Assembly: GCA_963513565.1 (NCBI GenBank)
Contig: CAUPRE010000017.1
Location: forward strand, 7,445-71,444
Reading direction: 5' to 3'
DNA length: 64,000 bases
From: an uncultured Flavobacterium sp.
Lineage (GTDB): Bacteria; Bacteroidota; Bacteroidia; Flavobacteriales; Flavobacteriaceae
The translations under genes and the position numbers were made by a program. Shown here in pieces: positions 45,278-54,335 of the stretch (position 1 is its first letter; every line of letters begins with the position of its first letter). The notes beneath the pieces were generated by a model. It worked only from the letters and a program-made list of their open reading frames with translations. It ran no database searches and was not told the origin of the DNA.

Positions 45278-47368
45278 TTATGCTTTTGATAAATCTAGTG
45301 CTCTGTATGTTTCAATCGTTTCAAAAAACGCAGTTGCTGTGGCAATGTATTCTTTGGCAAAAGTTTCAGATGGTTCGTTTTCTTTTATTTTATAGACCAA
45401 TTCTTTAAAAGAAGTGGCTAATTGTATTTTATTCGTCTCCACAAAAACAGTATCAAATAAATCGATGATTCCTGCGTGATGATTTGTTTTTTGGTTTTCA
45501 GCTAACAACAAAGCTTTGGCTCCATTTACAAATCCAGCATAAGCTAAATAAATCGCATCCGACCATTTTTTATCCTCGAAAGCTTCTTGTGCAAACGTCA
45601 ATTTGTCTTTGGCTTCGTACAACAAAGTCGCAACTAAATCAATTACCACTCCCGCACATTCGCCCACTCCAACTGCTTTCACATAATTATCGGCGTTGCC
45701 CCAATCTACAAAATCAGCTTCGGTTAAATTGGTCACATCGGCTAAGGGTTTCAAAAATTCATAGAAATATTTTTCCCCTTTAGCATCGTAATAGTTCAAA
45801 AATGACTGACCGTTGGCATTGGCTTCAAAATCATTCAAAATCAATCGTAAAGCTTCTGGGCCACGACGACTCGGGATTTTGATTACTTTATCAGAAAAAC
45901 GTCCTTGTCCGTTTCCTAAATTCCCTCCACCCAACAATACTTGTAAAGCTGGTGCTACCAATTTACCTGCATTGATAGACATTCCTTGAAAACCAATTTC
46001 GGCCATATTGTGTTGCCCACAAGCGTTCATACAACCACTAATCTTAATCGTGATTTCGTTTGAATTGGCATAGTGTGGATATTCTGTCGCTAAAACTCTT
46101 TCTAATTCTACTGCAATTCCAGTACTGCTCGCGATTCCTAAATTACAAGTATCTGTTCCAGGACAAGCGGTAATATCTGCGGTACTATTGTAGCCTAAAG
46201 CAACAAAATCTAATTTGGCTAATTCTTGATAAAAGAAAGGCAATGCTTCTTCTTTTATATGACGAATTAAAATATCTTGACGCAACGTAAAACGCAATTC
46301 GTTGGTAGCATAATTTTTGATTAAATCAGCCAATTGTCGGGCTTTATCAATATAAAAATCGCCAAGAGCTACTTTGATTCCGATAGCCACATAACCCGCT
46401 TGTTTCTGCGGAATAACATTGGCTTTTTTCCAAGCTTCGAAGGCAGCAACATCATCAATTACTACTTGTGGAGCATCCAATATTGGCGTTGGAATGGCTT
46501 TTTCAAAAGGAGTTGTATCAATTTCAACTACTTGATGCGATAAAGCTTTTTTCTCTTCTTCGACCAAACGCAAAAATTCTTCTTTTCCGATTTCTTTAAC
46601 CAAAAACTTCATTCTCGCTTTCAATCGTTTGGCTCTTTCGCCGTGACGGTCAAAAATTCTCAATATTCCTTCTGTGGTTGGAATGATTTGATTGGCAGGG
46701 ATGAATTCAGACAATAATTCGGCGTGACTAGGTTGTGACCCTAAACCACCTCCAAACAATACTTTAAATCCTTTTTGACCATTAACAATCTTTGGAATAA
46801 ATCCTAAATCGTGCAAATAGCTCAAAGCGGTATCTTTATCAGAAGAAGAAAAAGACATTTTGAATTTACGCCCCATTTCTTGACACACTGGATTTCTCAA
46901 GAAAAATTCGAATAGTGCGTGTGCATATGGAGACACATCGAAAGGTTCGTCTGGGTCGATACCAGCAGTTTCGCTAGCGGTAATATTTCTAACCGTATTC
47001 CCACAAGCTTCTCTTAAGGTAACATCATCTTTCTCTAGCTCAGCCCAAAGTTGTGGTGTTCTGTCTAAACTCACATAGTGAATTTGAATATCCTGACGCG
47101 TAGTGATGTGCAAACGTCCTGTAGAATATTCTTCAGAAACTTTACAGATACGGTGTAATTGTTCGCTTGTCACTTTACCAAAAGGCAATTTGATACGAAT
47201 CATTTGTACACCTTCTTGACGCTGACCGTATACACCTCTTGCTAAACGAAGAGAACGAAAACGTTCGTCATCGATTTTTCCATCGCGGAATAAAGCAATT
47301 TTTCTTTCTAAATCGATAATATCCTTTTGGACAATCGGATTCTCTATTTCGGTTCTAAAACTTTCCAT
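45278..47368 (-). CDS. sulfite reductase hemoprotein (nitrite/sulfite reductase family) with a C-terminal extension
   Basis: Siroheme/[4Fe-4S] cysteine motifs CPGTDTCNLG and SGCMNACGQH. At 696 aa it has about 130 extra helical residues at the C-terminus. Confidence 0.85.
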   Translation of the reverse strand: MESFRTEIENPIVQKDIIDLERKIALFRDGKIDDERFRSLRLARGVYGQRQEGVQMIRIKLPFGKVTSEQLHRICKVSEEYSTGRLHITTRQDIQIHYVSLDRTPQLWAELEKDDVTLREACGNTVRNITASETAGIDPDEPFDVSPYAHALFEFFLRNPVCQEMGRKFKMSFSSSDKDTALSYLHDLGFIPKIVNGQKGFKVLFGGGLGSQPSHAELLSEFIPANQIIPTTEGILRIFDRHGERAKRLKARMKFLVKEIGKEEFLRLVEEEKKALSHQVVEIDTTPFEKAIPTPILDAPQVVIDDVAAFEAWKKANVIPQKQAGYVAIGIKVALGDFYIDKARQLADLIKNYATNELRFTLRQDILIRHIKEEALPFFYQELAKLDFVALGYNSTADITACPGTDTCNLGIASSTGIAVELERVLATEYPHYANSNEITIKISGCMNACGQHNMAEIGFQGMSINAGKLVAPALQVLLGGGNLGNGQGRFSDKVIKIPSRRGPEALRLILNDFEANANGQSFLNYYDAKGEKYFYEFLKPLADVTNLTEADFVDWGNADNYVKAVGVGECAGVVIDLVATLLYEAKDKLTFAQEAFEDKKWSDAIYLAYAGFVNGAKALLLAENQKTNHHAGIIDLFDTVFVETNKIQLATSFKELVYKIKENEPSETFAKEYIATATAFFETIETYRALDLSKA

Positions 47369-47375
47369 TTTTATT

Positions 47376-47463
47376 TTGGCTCTTAGCTATTGGCTTTTAG
47401 CTTTTAGCTGATTTGTATATCTGTTTCTATTCTTTGCCAAAGGCTATAAGCCAATAGCTAACA
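47376..47463. repeat. intercistronic word-repeat hairpin (ttagctattggctt / aagccaatagctaa) between cysN and sulfite reductase
   Basis: A 14-bp perfect inverted repeat (47383..47396 with 47449..47462) embedded in ttagc/ggct word repeats. Confidence 0.7.
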
Positions 47464-47464
47464 A

Positions 47465-48709
47465 CTATTTTATAAATCCAACGCCTGCAGTGGTGTTGGT
47501 TGCAGCATCTATTAGGATAAAAGCTCCATTTGATTTGTTATCGTTGTAAGCGTCAAAATAAATGGCTTTGCTCAATTTTATAGTTACTTCACCAATTTCG
47601 TTTATTGCCAATTGTGTTGCTGGTGTTACCCCAGAATAATCGGTTGCGATCACGTTTTTCACGCTGTCAATTTTGGCCAAAACTCTATTGGTGTTGTGTT
47701 GCACAAAATACTTTGCTCCTGCCACTAATTTTTTACTGTCCATCCAACAAACGGTTGTTGTGATGTCTTTTTCAATTCTAGGAAGCTCGCTTGATTTTAC
47801 AATCATATCACCACGAGTCACATTGATGTCATTTTCCAATTCAATAGTGATGGAGGAACCAGCAATGGCTTCATCGTATTGCTTATCGAAAAAGTGAATG
47901 TTGGTTACTTTAGATTGTGTTAAAGAAGGTAAAACGGTTACTGCATCGCCTACTTTAATTGAATTTCCATATAATTTTCCTGCATATCCTCTAAAGTCGT
48001 GGTACTCTTCCGTTTTTGGACGAATAACGGTTTGTACTGGAAAACGAGTAATACCATTTTCATAAATATCATTCGGTTCCAAAGACTCCAAATGTTCCAA
48101 AACGGTTTGCCCAGAATACCAAGGCATATTTTCTGATTTTTGAGCCACATTCCCACCATTGATAGCACTTAGCGGAATATAACTTACGTTTTGTTCTTTG
48201 AAAGCGCTTTTAGCATTTAAGGCTTGAAAATCAGCTTTGATTTTATTGAAAACTTCTTCGGAATACTCCACCAAATCCATTTTGTTAATGGCCACAATCA
48301 CGTCTTTTACACGCAATAAATTATTGATGAAAAAGTGACGGTAGGTTTGCTCAATTACTCCTTTTCGAGCATCAATCAAAATAATCGATACTTGAGAAGT
48401 AGAAGCGCCTGTCACCATATTACGAGTATATTCTACGTGACCTGGTGTATCGGCAATGATGTAACTTTTTTTGGCAGTAGAAAAATAAATATGTGCTACG
48501 TCTATTGTAATTCCTTGCTCTCTCTCAGCCACCAAACCATCAGTCGCCAAAGAAAAATCCAGGTAATCATATCCTTTTTGTTTGCTGCTTTTTTCTATTG
48601 CTTCAATTTTATCGGTAGTCAAGGATTGTGTATCGTATAATAATCTTCCGATTAACGTACTTTTTCCGTCGTCTACACTTCCTGCTGTTGCTATTTTTAA
48701 AACTTCCAT
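47465..48709 (-). CDS. cysN: sulfate adenylyltransferase subunit 1 (GTPase, no APS kinase domain)
   Basis: G1 GSVDDGKSTL, G3 DTPGH and G4 NKMD. At 414 aa there is no fused CysC domain. Confidence 0.9.
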   Translation of the reverse strand: MEVLKIATAGSVDDGKSTLIGRLLYDTQSLTTDKIEAIEKSSKQKGYDYLDFSLATDGLVAEREQGITIDVAHIYFSTAKKSYIIADTPGHVEYTRNMVTGASTSQVSIILIDARKGVIEQTYRHFFINNLLRVKDVIVAINKMDLVEYSEEVFNKIKADFQALNAKSAFKEQNVSYIPLSAINGGNVAQKSENMPWYSGQTVLEHLESLEPNDIYENGITRFPVQTVIRPKTEEYHDFRGYAGKLYGNSIKVGDAVTVLPSLTQSKVTNIHFFDKQYDEAIAGSSITIELENDINVTRGDMIVKSSELPRIEKDITTTVCWMDSKKLVAGAKYFVQHNTNRVLAKIDSVKNVIATDYSGVTPATQLAINEIGEVTIKLSKAIYFDAYNDNKSNGAFILIDAATNTTAGVGFIK

Positions 48710-48718
48710 TTATTTTTT

Positions 48719-48752
48719 GTTTAAAGTTTAAGGTTTAAAGTTGTTTAACTTT
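48719..48752. repeat. tttaaag/tttaagg word-repeat tract in the cysD-cysN spacer
   Basis: tgtttaaagtttaaggtttaaagttgtttaacttt. Same word family as 37553, 42384, 49709 and 57616. Confidence 0.55.
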
Positions 48753-48802
48753 CTCCTTACATCTTTTAATTTTTTAAATCCTTAAATCTTTCAATTGCTA
48801 TT

Positions 48803-49702
48803 CTAAAAGTACCCTTGTTGTTTTCTTTTTTCCATAGCGGCTTCCGAACGTTTGTCGTCGATTCTGGCGCCTCTTTCAGAAATAGTAGAAGAACGAATTT
48901 CTCCAACTACTTCAGCAATAGTGGCGGCATACGACTCTACTGCGGCGGTACAACTCATATCACCAACGGTTCTGAAGCGAACAATTCGTTCTTCGATTTG
49001 TTCGTCTTCTTCTTGGTACACATAAGGAGAGTGTGACCAAATTAAACCGTCTCTCAAAAAAACTTTTCTTTTGTGTGAAAAATAAATCGACGGAATCTCG
49101 ATTTGTTCTTGTTCGATATAACTCCAAACATCCAATTCGGTCCAGTTTGAAATTGGAAAAACACGTACGTTTTGACCATTTTCGATTTTACCATTCAACA
49201 AATCAAACAATTCAGGACGTTGATTTTTTTCATCCCATTGTCCAAAATCATCACGTACTGAGAAAATACGCTCTTTGGCTCTGGCTTTTTCCTCGTCTCT
49301 ACGTGCTCCACCGATACAAGCATCGAATTTAAATTCTTCGATGGCATCCAAAAGTGTAGTGGTTTGCAATGTATTTCTACTAGAATACTTTCCTGTTTCT
49401 TCTACTACCTTACCTTCATCAATCGCGTCTTGTACATTGCGAACGATTAATTCTAATCCTAATTCTGCCACCAATTTATCTCTAAACTCGATGGTTTCTG
49501 GAAAATTATGTCCCGTATCTACGTGCAACAACGGAAAAGGAATTTTTGCTGGAAAAAAGGCTTTTTGTGCCAAACGCACCAAGGTAATCGAATCTTTCCC
49601 GCCCGAAAAAAGCAAAACAGGTCGGTCAAATTGAGCAATTACTTCTCTAAATATGTAAATAGCTTCGCTTTCTAAAGCATTTGTTTTTAATACTGAACTC
49701 AT
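48803..49702 (-). CDS. cysD: sulfate adenylyltransferase subunit 2
   Basis: PP-loop FSGGKDS and the C-terminal KRKQQGYF typical of CysD. Confidence 0.93.
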   Translation of the reverse strand: MSSVLKTNALESEAIYIFREVIAQFDRPVLLFSGGKDSITLVRLAQKAFFPAKIPFPLLHVDTGHNFPETIEFRDKLVAELGLELIVRNVQDAIDEGKVVEETGKYSSRNTLQTTTLLDAIEEFKFDACIGGARRDEEKARAKERIFSVRDDFGQWDEKNQRPELFDLLNGKIENGQNVRVFPISNWTELDVWSYIEQEQIEIPSIYFSHKRKVFLRDGLIWSHSPYVYQEEDEQIEERIVRFRTVGDMSCTAAVESYAATIAEVVGEIRSSTISERGARIDDKRSEAAMEKRKQQGYF

Positions 49703-49708
49703 TATTTT

Positions 49709-49745
49709 TAGTTTAAGAGTTTAAAGTTTAAAGTGTAAGGTTGTT
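49709..49745. repeat. tttaaag word-repeat tract in the cysH-cysD spacer
   Basis: tagtttaagagtttaaagtttaaagtgtaaggttg. Confidence 0.55.
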
Positions 49746-49819
49746 GTGACCTCGACTAAAATCTTACCACTATTATTGTTTTTTCTATTCTCTTTATTCT
49801 ATTTTCTAAAATCTGCCTT

Positions 49820-50527
49820 CTATTTTTGGTGCAACCCACATTCTTTGTGACTGGATTCCCAAGACCATCTTCCGGCTCTGATGTCTTCTCCCTCGGCAAT
49901 CGCTCTCGTACAAGGTGCACAACCGATGCTCACAAATCTTTTTTTGTGCAATGCGTTTTGTGGCACATTGTTGGTATCAATATATTCTTGAACCTCTTTT
50001 AAACTCCACTTCAACAAAGGATTGAATTTGATGATATCAAAATGGGCATCGTATTCGAAAAGGGCTAAATCATTTCTGTTTTCAGATTGCTCTGCTCTCA
50101 GCCCTGTAATCCAAACTTTATTTCCCGCTAATCCTTTTTTCAACGGCACCACTTTTCGAATGAAGCAGCACTCTTTTCTGTTTTCTACCGATTCGTAAAA
50201 ACTGTTTGGTCCTTTGGTGTTCAACAAGTTTTCTACTTGACTCGTTTCTGGATAGAAAGTCTGAATATTCACTTTGTATTTCTTTAGCGTCTTATGAAAA
50301 ACATCATAGGTTTCTTGAAACAACCTTCCAGTATCGAGTGTAAATATTTTTATCGGCAATTCATTGGTTGCGATTAAAGCCGTAATTACTTGGTCTTCTT
50401 GTCCGAAAGAAGTCGAAAAAACTACTTTTTCTGGAAATTCATTAGCCAAAAAAGCTAAAGTTTCCTCGATGGGAAGGTTTTCGGTTCTTTTTATTAATTC
50501 TTGTGCTACTTCAATGCTCATAGTCAT
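49820..50527 (-). CDS. cysH: phosphoadenosine/adenosine 5'-phosphosulfate reductase (Fe-S, APS-reductase-like signature)
   Basis: C-terminal KECGLH motif plus the Cys pairs ECCFIRKVVPL and GCAPCT, which characterise [4Fe-4S] APS reductases. Confidence 0.88.
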   Translation of the reverse strand: MTMSIEVAQELIKRTENLPIEETLAFLANEFPEKVVFSTSFGQEDQVITALIATNELPIKIFTLDTGRLFQETYDVFHKTLKKYKVNIQTFYPETSQVENLLNTKGPNSFYESVENRKECCFIRKVVPLKKGLAGNKVWITGLRAEQSENRNDLALFEYDAHFDIIKFNPLLKWSLKEVQEYIDTNNVPQNALHKKRFVSIGCAPCTRAIAEGEDIRAGRWSWESSHKECGLHQK

Positions 50528-50795
50528 TTCATTTTAAAATCTATTACCCTATCGGTTTTGTAGATTACTTCGCAAAAGTACTACTATTTTCTAAATCACA
50601 AAATTTATTTTAAAAAATTAGCGTTGTTTTTACATCAAAAAATCAAGTCCATTAAGAAATTAAAAGATTTATTGTTAAAGTCATAGGCGTAACATCTATT
50701 CTTTTTATGAATAGCAATGAAGAATGAAGTCTTCTCTCATTTTCATAAAGTAACATAAAGAAGGAAAAGTGAATTAAAAAAGCAGACGTCTTTAA

Positions 50796-50873
50796 TAGCC
50801 CCGGGAGTAGCGGCATCCTTTTTTGTCTCGTTTTTTTTTTACGAGACAAAAAAGATATAGCGAATCACGGGAG
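50796..50873. repeat. family D element in the cysH/tauE divergent spacer
   Basis: tagccccgggagtagcggcatcc-[ttttttgtctcg-t10-acgagacaaaaaa]-gatatagcgaatcacgggag. Confidence 0.75.
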
Positions 50874-50954
50874 GAGACGTGATGAAAAAAAAATAATTTG
50901 TGCTTCAATAAAATTTAATTCTACTTAATCGATAGGATTATTATAAATTTATTT

Positions 50955-50962
50955 TATTTTTG
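50955..50962 (+). promoter_or_regulatory. candidate -7 box TATTTTTG (TAnnTTTG) upstream of the TauE-like gene
   Basis: Motif match 18 nt upstream of the ATG at 50980. Confidence 0.35.
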
Positions 50963-50979
50963 CCAAAAAATTATTTAAG

Positions 50980-51762
50980 ATGGATTTTCAAATAGGTTTT
51001 GTTATTGCAGGTTTAGTGGTAGGTTTTGTTGTTGGACTAACAGGTGTTGGCGGGGGTTCATTGATGACTCCTATACTGCTTTGGTTTGGTATTCCTCCAA
51101 CAACTGCTGTAGGAACTGATTTATTGTATGCGGCTTTTACCAAAATGGGAGGGATATTTGTTCACAATAAAAAAAGCAATATCAATTGGACCATTGTGGG
51201 ATGGCTTTCGCTAGGAAGTTTACCTGCTGCTGCTGTAACCTTATGGATTTTAGAAAGTTTTAAGGCTGATATTTCGGGACTGAATAGCATCATCAAATAC
51301 AGTCTAGGCTGGGCGTTATTGTTCACCTCTATTGCGATACTATTCAAAAAGAAATTATTGGTATTTTCTCAAAAACACGCGGGAGATAAATTTCATAGTG
51401 AAAGCAAGACTCAAAATTTTCTAACTGTAGCTATTGGAGTGATGCTAGGTGCAACAGTGACATTGACGTCTATTGGTGCTGGTGCCCTAGGAACTGTAAC
51501 GCTGTTTTTTTTGTATCCACTTTTACCTACCCCAAAATTAGTAGGTACAGAAATTGCGCACGCCGTTCCTTTAACGCTAGTGGCTGGCTTTGGTCACGCA
51601 TCGATGGGTAATATGGACTATGGGCTATTAGTGCAATTATTAATGGGGTCTCTACCAGGGATATATATAGGCAGTATGCTCAGTGGAAAAGTTCCTGATT
51701 TATTGCTAAGAAACGCCATAGCAATGATGCTGTTTTTTGTTGGATATAAATTGATTTTTTAA
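50980..51762 (+). CDS. sulfite exporter TauE/SafE family membrane protein
   Basis: 260 aa, about 8 TM segments, with internally duplicated G-rich helices (GLTGVGGGSLMTP / LTSIGAGALGT). Divergent from the cys operon. Confidence 0.8.
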   Translation: MDFQIGFVIAGLVVGFVVGLTGVGGGSLMTPILLWFGIPPTTAVGTDLLYAAFTKMGGIFVHNKKSNINWTIVGWLSLGSLPAAAVTLWILESFKADISGLNSIIKYSLGWALLFTSIAILFKKKLLVFSQKHAGDKFHSESKTQNFLTVAIGVMLGATVTLTSIGAGALGTVTLFFLYPLLPTPKLVGTEIAHAVPLTLVAGFGHASMGNMDYGLLVQLLMGSLPGIYIGSMLSGKVPDLLLRNAIAMMLFFVGYKLIF

Positions 51763-51822
51763 TTCTCTCATACCACTAAATAAATTTCTAAAACCGAAAC
51801 GATAACTGATAGCATAACAAAG

Positions 51823-51875
51823 AACCGCAAATTCGCAAATTTTAAAACCTAGTTAAAATTTGTGAATTTGCGGTT
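51823..51875. terminator. bidirectional terminator hairpin (aaccgcaaattcgcaaatttt / aaaatttgtgaatttgcggtt)
   Basis: An inverted repeat of about 21 bp with one mismatch, lying between the tauE stop and the Rrf2 3'-end relic. Confidence 0.7.
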
Positions 51876-51880
51876 AATTT

Positions 51881-51975
51881 TTAAAAAGCAATGTCTGCCA
51901 AAGTGTTGTTCTCCAAAATCATTAAAGTATTGTCACGCACTTCCATCATCAGTTTACGAACGGCGCAAGTGGCTT
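51881..51975 (-). pseudogene. orphan duplicate of the last 92 nt + stop of the Rrf2 regulator gene
   Basis: 91 of 95 nt are identical to 54336..54430. All four differences are synonymous in the Rrf2 reading frame (tgc/tgt, act/acc, ttg/ctg, act/acc). No upstream coding continuation. Confidence 0.85.
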
Positions 51976-52080
51976 AGTATTTTAAAGACTCATAAAAGAG
52001 AGCTCTTTAACTAGAAAAGATAATAAAAAAATAGTGCCTCTTTAATCAAAAATTTTAATTATCAAGGACTGCATCCCAAA

Positions 52081-52956
52081 TTAATTTTTCAAGAATGTTA
52101 TACTTGCTTTTTCGTTTGACTTTAAACTTGTTTTTAAATCAAATGTTCTTTCTCCATCAACAATTTTAATAGTCACAGTATTTAATCCTTTATCCCCTTG
52201 ATTCAATGCTTCTATTTTAAAAATGTGATTCCCTTTACTAAGAAACAAAGGGATTCTTTTCTTTGTATTTAGTATAGTATAGTTAGATAAAATAATCCTA
52301 TCATCTTGATATAAATTTATCTTATCTCCATCTTCATTTTCTGAATCAAAAATTTCTATTTCAACTGATTCAGACTTCACAAAAACATTTAAATTTTGAT
52401 CTTTAACTAAATTGTTCACTTTTAGGCTATCGAGTAAACTAATTGGATTAGCCTTTGCTTTAGTAGTAACATCCAATTTCTTGCTCTTCTGTATTTTATT
52501 ATTTACTTTATTAAGTACTTTATAAATTCTCTCTGATCCTACTAATGTAATTGTACCATTAATACATTTTCTTTTATTTTTATAAAGTCCCGTAAAATCA
52601 CCATCGATTTTGGTTGTCTTGTCATTAAGCTTCACTTTTCCATTAAAATTAACAAAACAAAAACTCTTTTCTGAAAATGTAGATTTTGTGTATAAAATAT
52701 CATCTTCTTTAAATTCTAAAATCTTATTTTTATTATCAAAAGTACCTGAAATGGAGTTTTTAGTTTCATTATCACCACCCAAATCAGTAATTGAATATCC
52801 ATTTATTTTATTATTAGATAGTTCAAAAACCAAGCGATAGGTTATTAAAGTTTTATCATTTCCATTCAACTTCAAACCACCAAAAAACTCGAATCTTTTT
52901 TGTGAATAATTTTTGAAACAAAAAAATAGAAGAATTAAAAAACATATTTTTCTCAT
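52081..52956 (-). CDS. hypothetical exported protein (291 aa)
   Basis: Signal peptide MRKICFLILLFFCFKNYSQ. Lys/Asn-rich and very AT-rich coding sequence. I recognise no family. Confidence 0.55.
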   Translation of the reverse strand: MRKICFLILLFFCFKNYSQKRFEFFGGLKLNGNDKTLITYRLVFELSNNKINGYSITDLGGDNETKNSISGTFDNKNKILEFKEDDILYTKSTFSEKSFCFVNFNGKVKLNDKTTKIDGDFTGLYKNKRKCINGTITLVGSERIYKVLNKVNNKIQKSKKLDVTTKAKANPISLLDSLKVNNLVKDQNLNVFVKSESVEIEIFDSENEDGDKINLYQDDRIILSNYTILNTKKRIPLFLSKGNHIFKIEALNQGDKGLNTVTIKIVDGERTFDLKTSLKSNEKASITFLKN

Positions 52957-52972
52957 AAATCAAATTTAAATT

Positions 52973-52980
52973 TATATTTG
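52973..52980 (+). promoter_or_regulatory. candidate -7 box TATATTTG (TAnnTTTG) upstream of the first TM2 gene
   Basis: Motif match 31 nt upstream of the ATG at 53012. Confidence 0.3.
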
Positions 52981-53011
52981 CAAGTATAACCTTAATTTTT
53001 TAATTTAAATT

Positions 53012-53386
53012 ATGAAACTAAAATTTTTATTATCAATGATTGCGTTGTTATTTATAACATCGTTTTCTACGTATGCATCATTCCCTGTTGAGCAAGCAAC
53101 AAAAAACGGGACAACTCAAAGTACAATTACTAAATCTACTAATGATGATGATGAACTCTCATCTCCAGCTGCAGCTGCATCAGGCAAAAGCCAAGTTACA
53201 GCCTTAATTCTTGCTATTTTAATAGGGGGAATTGGAATTCATCGTTTTTACTTAGGCTATACTTGGCAAGGTATAGTTCAACTATTAACACTAGGCGGTT
53301 GTGGTATTTGGTCATTAATAGATTTAATTAGAATTATTACTGGCGATCTTCAACCAAAAAACGGTAACTATACCGAAACGCTATAG
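53012..53386 (+). CDS. TM2 domain-containing protein
   Basis: Signal peptide, Thr/Ser-rich linker, then the TM2 hairpin GKSQVTALILAILIGGIGIHRFYLGYTWQGIVQLLTLGGCGIWSLIDLIRI. Confidence 0.8.
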   Translation: MKLKFLLSMIALLFITSFSTYASFPVEQATKNGTTQSTITKSTNDDDELSSPAAAASGKSQVTALILAILIGGIGIHRFYLGYTWQGIVQLLTLGGCGIWSLIDLIRIITGDLQPKNGNYTETL

Positions 53387-53388
53387 TG

Positions 53389-53703
53389 ATGATTAAAACT
53401 ACTGTATTTTATATAAGAGTCATTATTACAATAATATCTCCTTTCATTCTATTATTTTTACCAGCTAATTATTTTGATCAAGGAGATAGTATTTGTTTAT
53501 CAAAAATGCTTCTAAACTATCAATGTTATGCCTGTGGATTAACAAAAGCAACTATGCATTTTATTCATTTTGAATTTGAAAAAGCATGGAGTTACAATAA
53601 ATTAGTCTTTATTGTTGTGCCAATGTTGGTTCCATTATGGGCAAAAGCAATTTATGAAATACAAGGTAAAAAGATGCCTGGTGTATTAGGTAGACTTACT
53701 TAA
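53389..53703 (+). CDS. DUF2752 domain-containing membrane protein
   Basis: The CLSKMLLNYQCYACGLTKA motif resembles the C-x-G-x-x-CP-x-CG-x-TRA pattern of DUF2752. The ATG lies 2 nt after the TM2 stop codon. Confidence 0.6.
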   Translation: MIKTTVFYIRVIITIISPFILLFLPANYFDQGDSICLSKMLLNYQCYACGLTKATMHFIHFEFEKAWSYNKLVFIVVPMLVPLWAKAIYEIQGKKMPGVLGRLT

Positions 53704-53886
53704 TGCATTATTCAAAACATTACTAGCACTCTAGAAATAGAGTGCTTTTTTTTTAATAAAAAAAGTTGAGGAATTAAATCTAGTTTTCAATTCGAAAATA
53801 ATTTTTAAAATTAAGTAAAAAAAATTGCGAAGCTAAGTTATTTATTGTTAATTAGTTGTATCAAATAATCTTTAATAAAAACTTTT

Positions 53887-54261
53887 ATGAGAAAACAATT
53901 TTTATTTTCGCTGATTGTATTATTTTTCATCTCTTCGTTTACCTCTTACGCCTCATTTCCTGTAGAAAATAGAGCAACAAGTAATACGACAAGTCAAACC
54001 ACCATTACAAATGCAACTGAAAAAGAAGAGCTTGTTTCACCAGCAATACTTGGTTCTGGCAAAAGTCAAGTTGCAGCACTAATTCTTTGTGTTTTTGTGG
54101 GAGTACTAGGAATACATCGTTTTTATCTTGGCTATACTTGGCAAGGTATTGTTCAATTACTCACTTTGGGAGTATTTGGAATTTGGACATTGATTGATCT
54201 TATCAGAATTATTACTGGTGATTTACAACCTAAAGGAGGAAGTTACTCCAAAACTTTGTAA
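53887..54261 (+). CDS. TM2 domain-containing protein (paralog)
   Basis: The C-terminal 70 aa are nearly identical to 53012..53386 (GKSQVAALILCVFVGVLGIHRFYLGYTWQGIVQLLTLGVFGIWTLIDLIRIITGDLQPK). Confidence 0.8.
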   Translation: MRKQFLFSLIVLFFISSFTSYASFPVENRATSNTTSQTTITNATEKEELVSPAILGSGKSQVAALILCVFVGVLGIHRFYLGYTWQGIVQLLTLGVFGIWTLIDLIRIITGDLQPKGGSYSKTL

Positions 54262-54302
54262 TAAAAACATTATAAAAAAACCACTCATAAACAATTTTAT
54301 AT

Positions 54303-54330
54303 AAAAATGACTGCTTAGGCAGTCATTTTT
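54303..54330. terminator. bidirectional terminator (aatgactgc-ttag-gcagtcatt)
   Basis: A 9-bp stem with flanking A5/T5 runs between the convergent TM2 and Rrf2 genes. Confidence 0.7.
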
Positions 54331-54335
54331 ATACT

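Noticed and set aside
50652-50849. 65-aa minus-strand ORF in the cysH/tauE spacer
   Set aside because: Its N-terminal half is a translated family D repeat. No supporting features.
50541-50944. Shared motif CGATAGG.T.AT near the cysH start (50541..50555, minus strand) and the tauE start (50929..50944) as a candidate Rrf2 operator
   Set aside because: Only a 7-nt core is shared and there is no clear dyad symmetry. A match of this size is expected by chance in a 450-bp AT-rich spacer. Comparative footprinting is needed before calling it.
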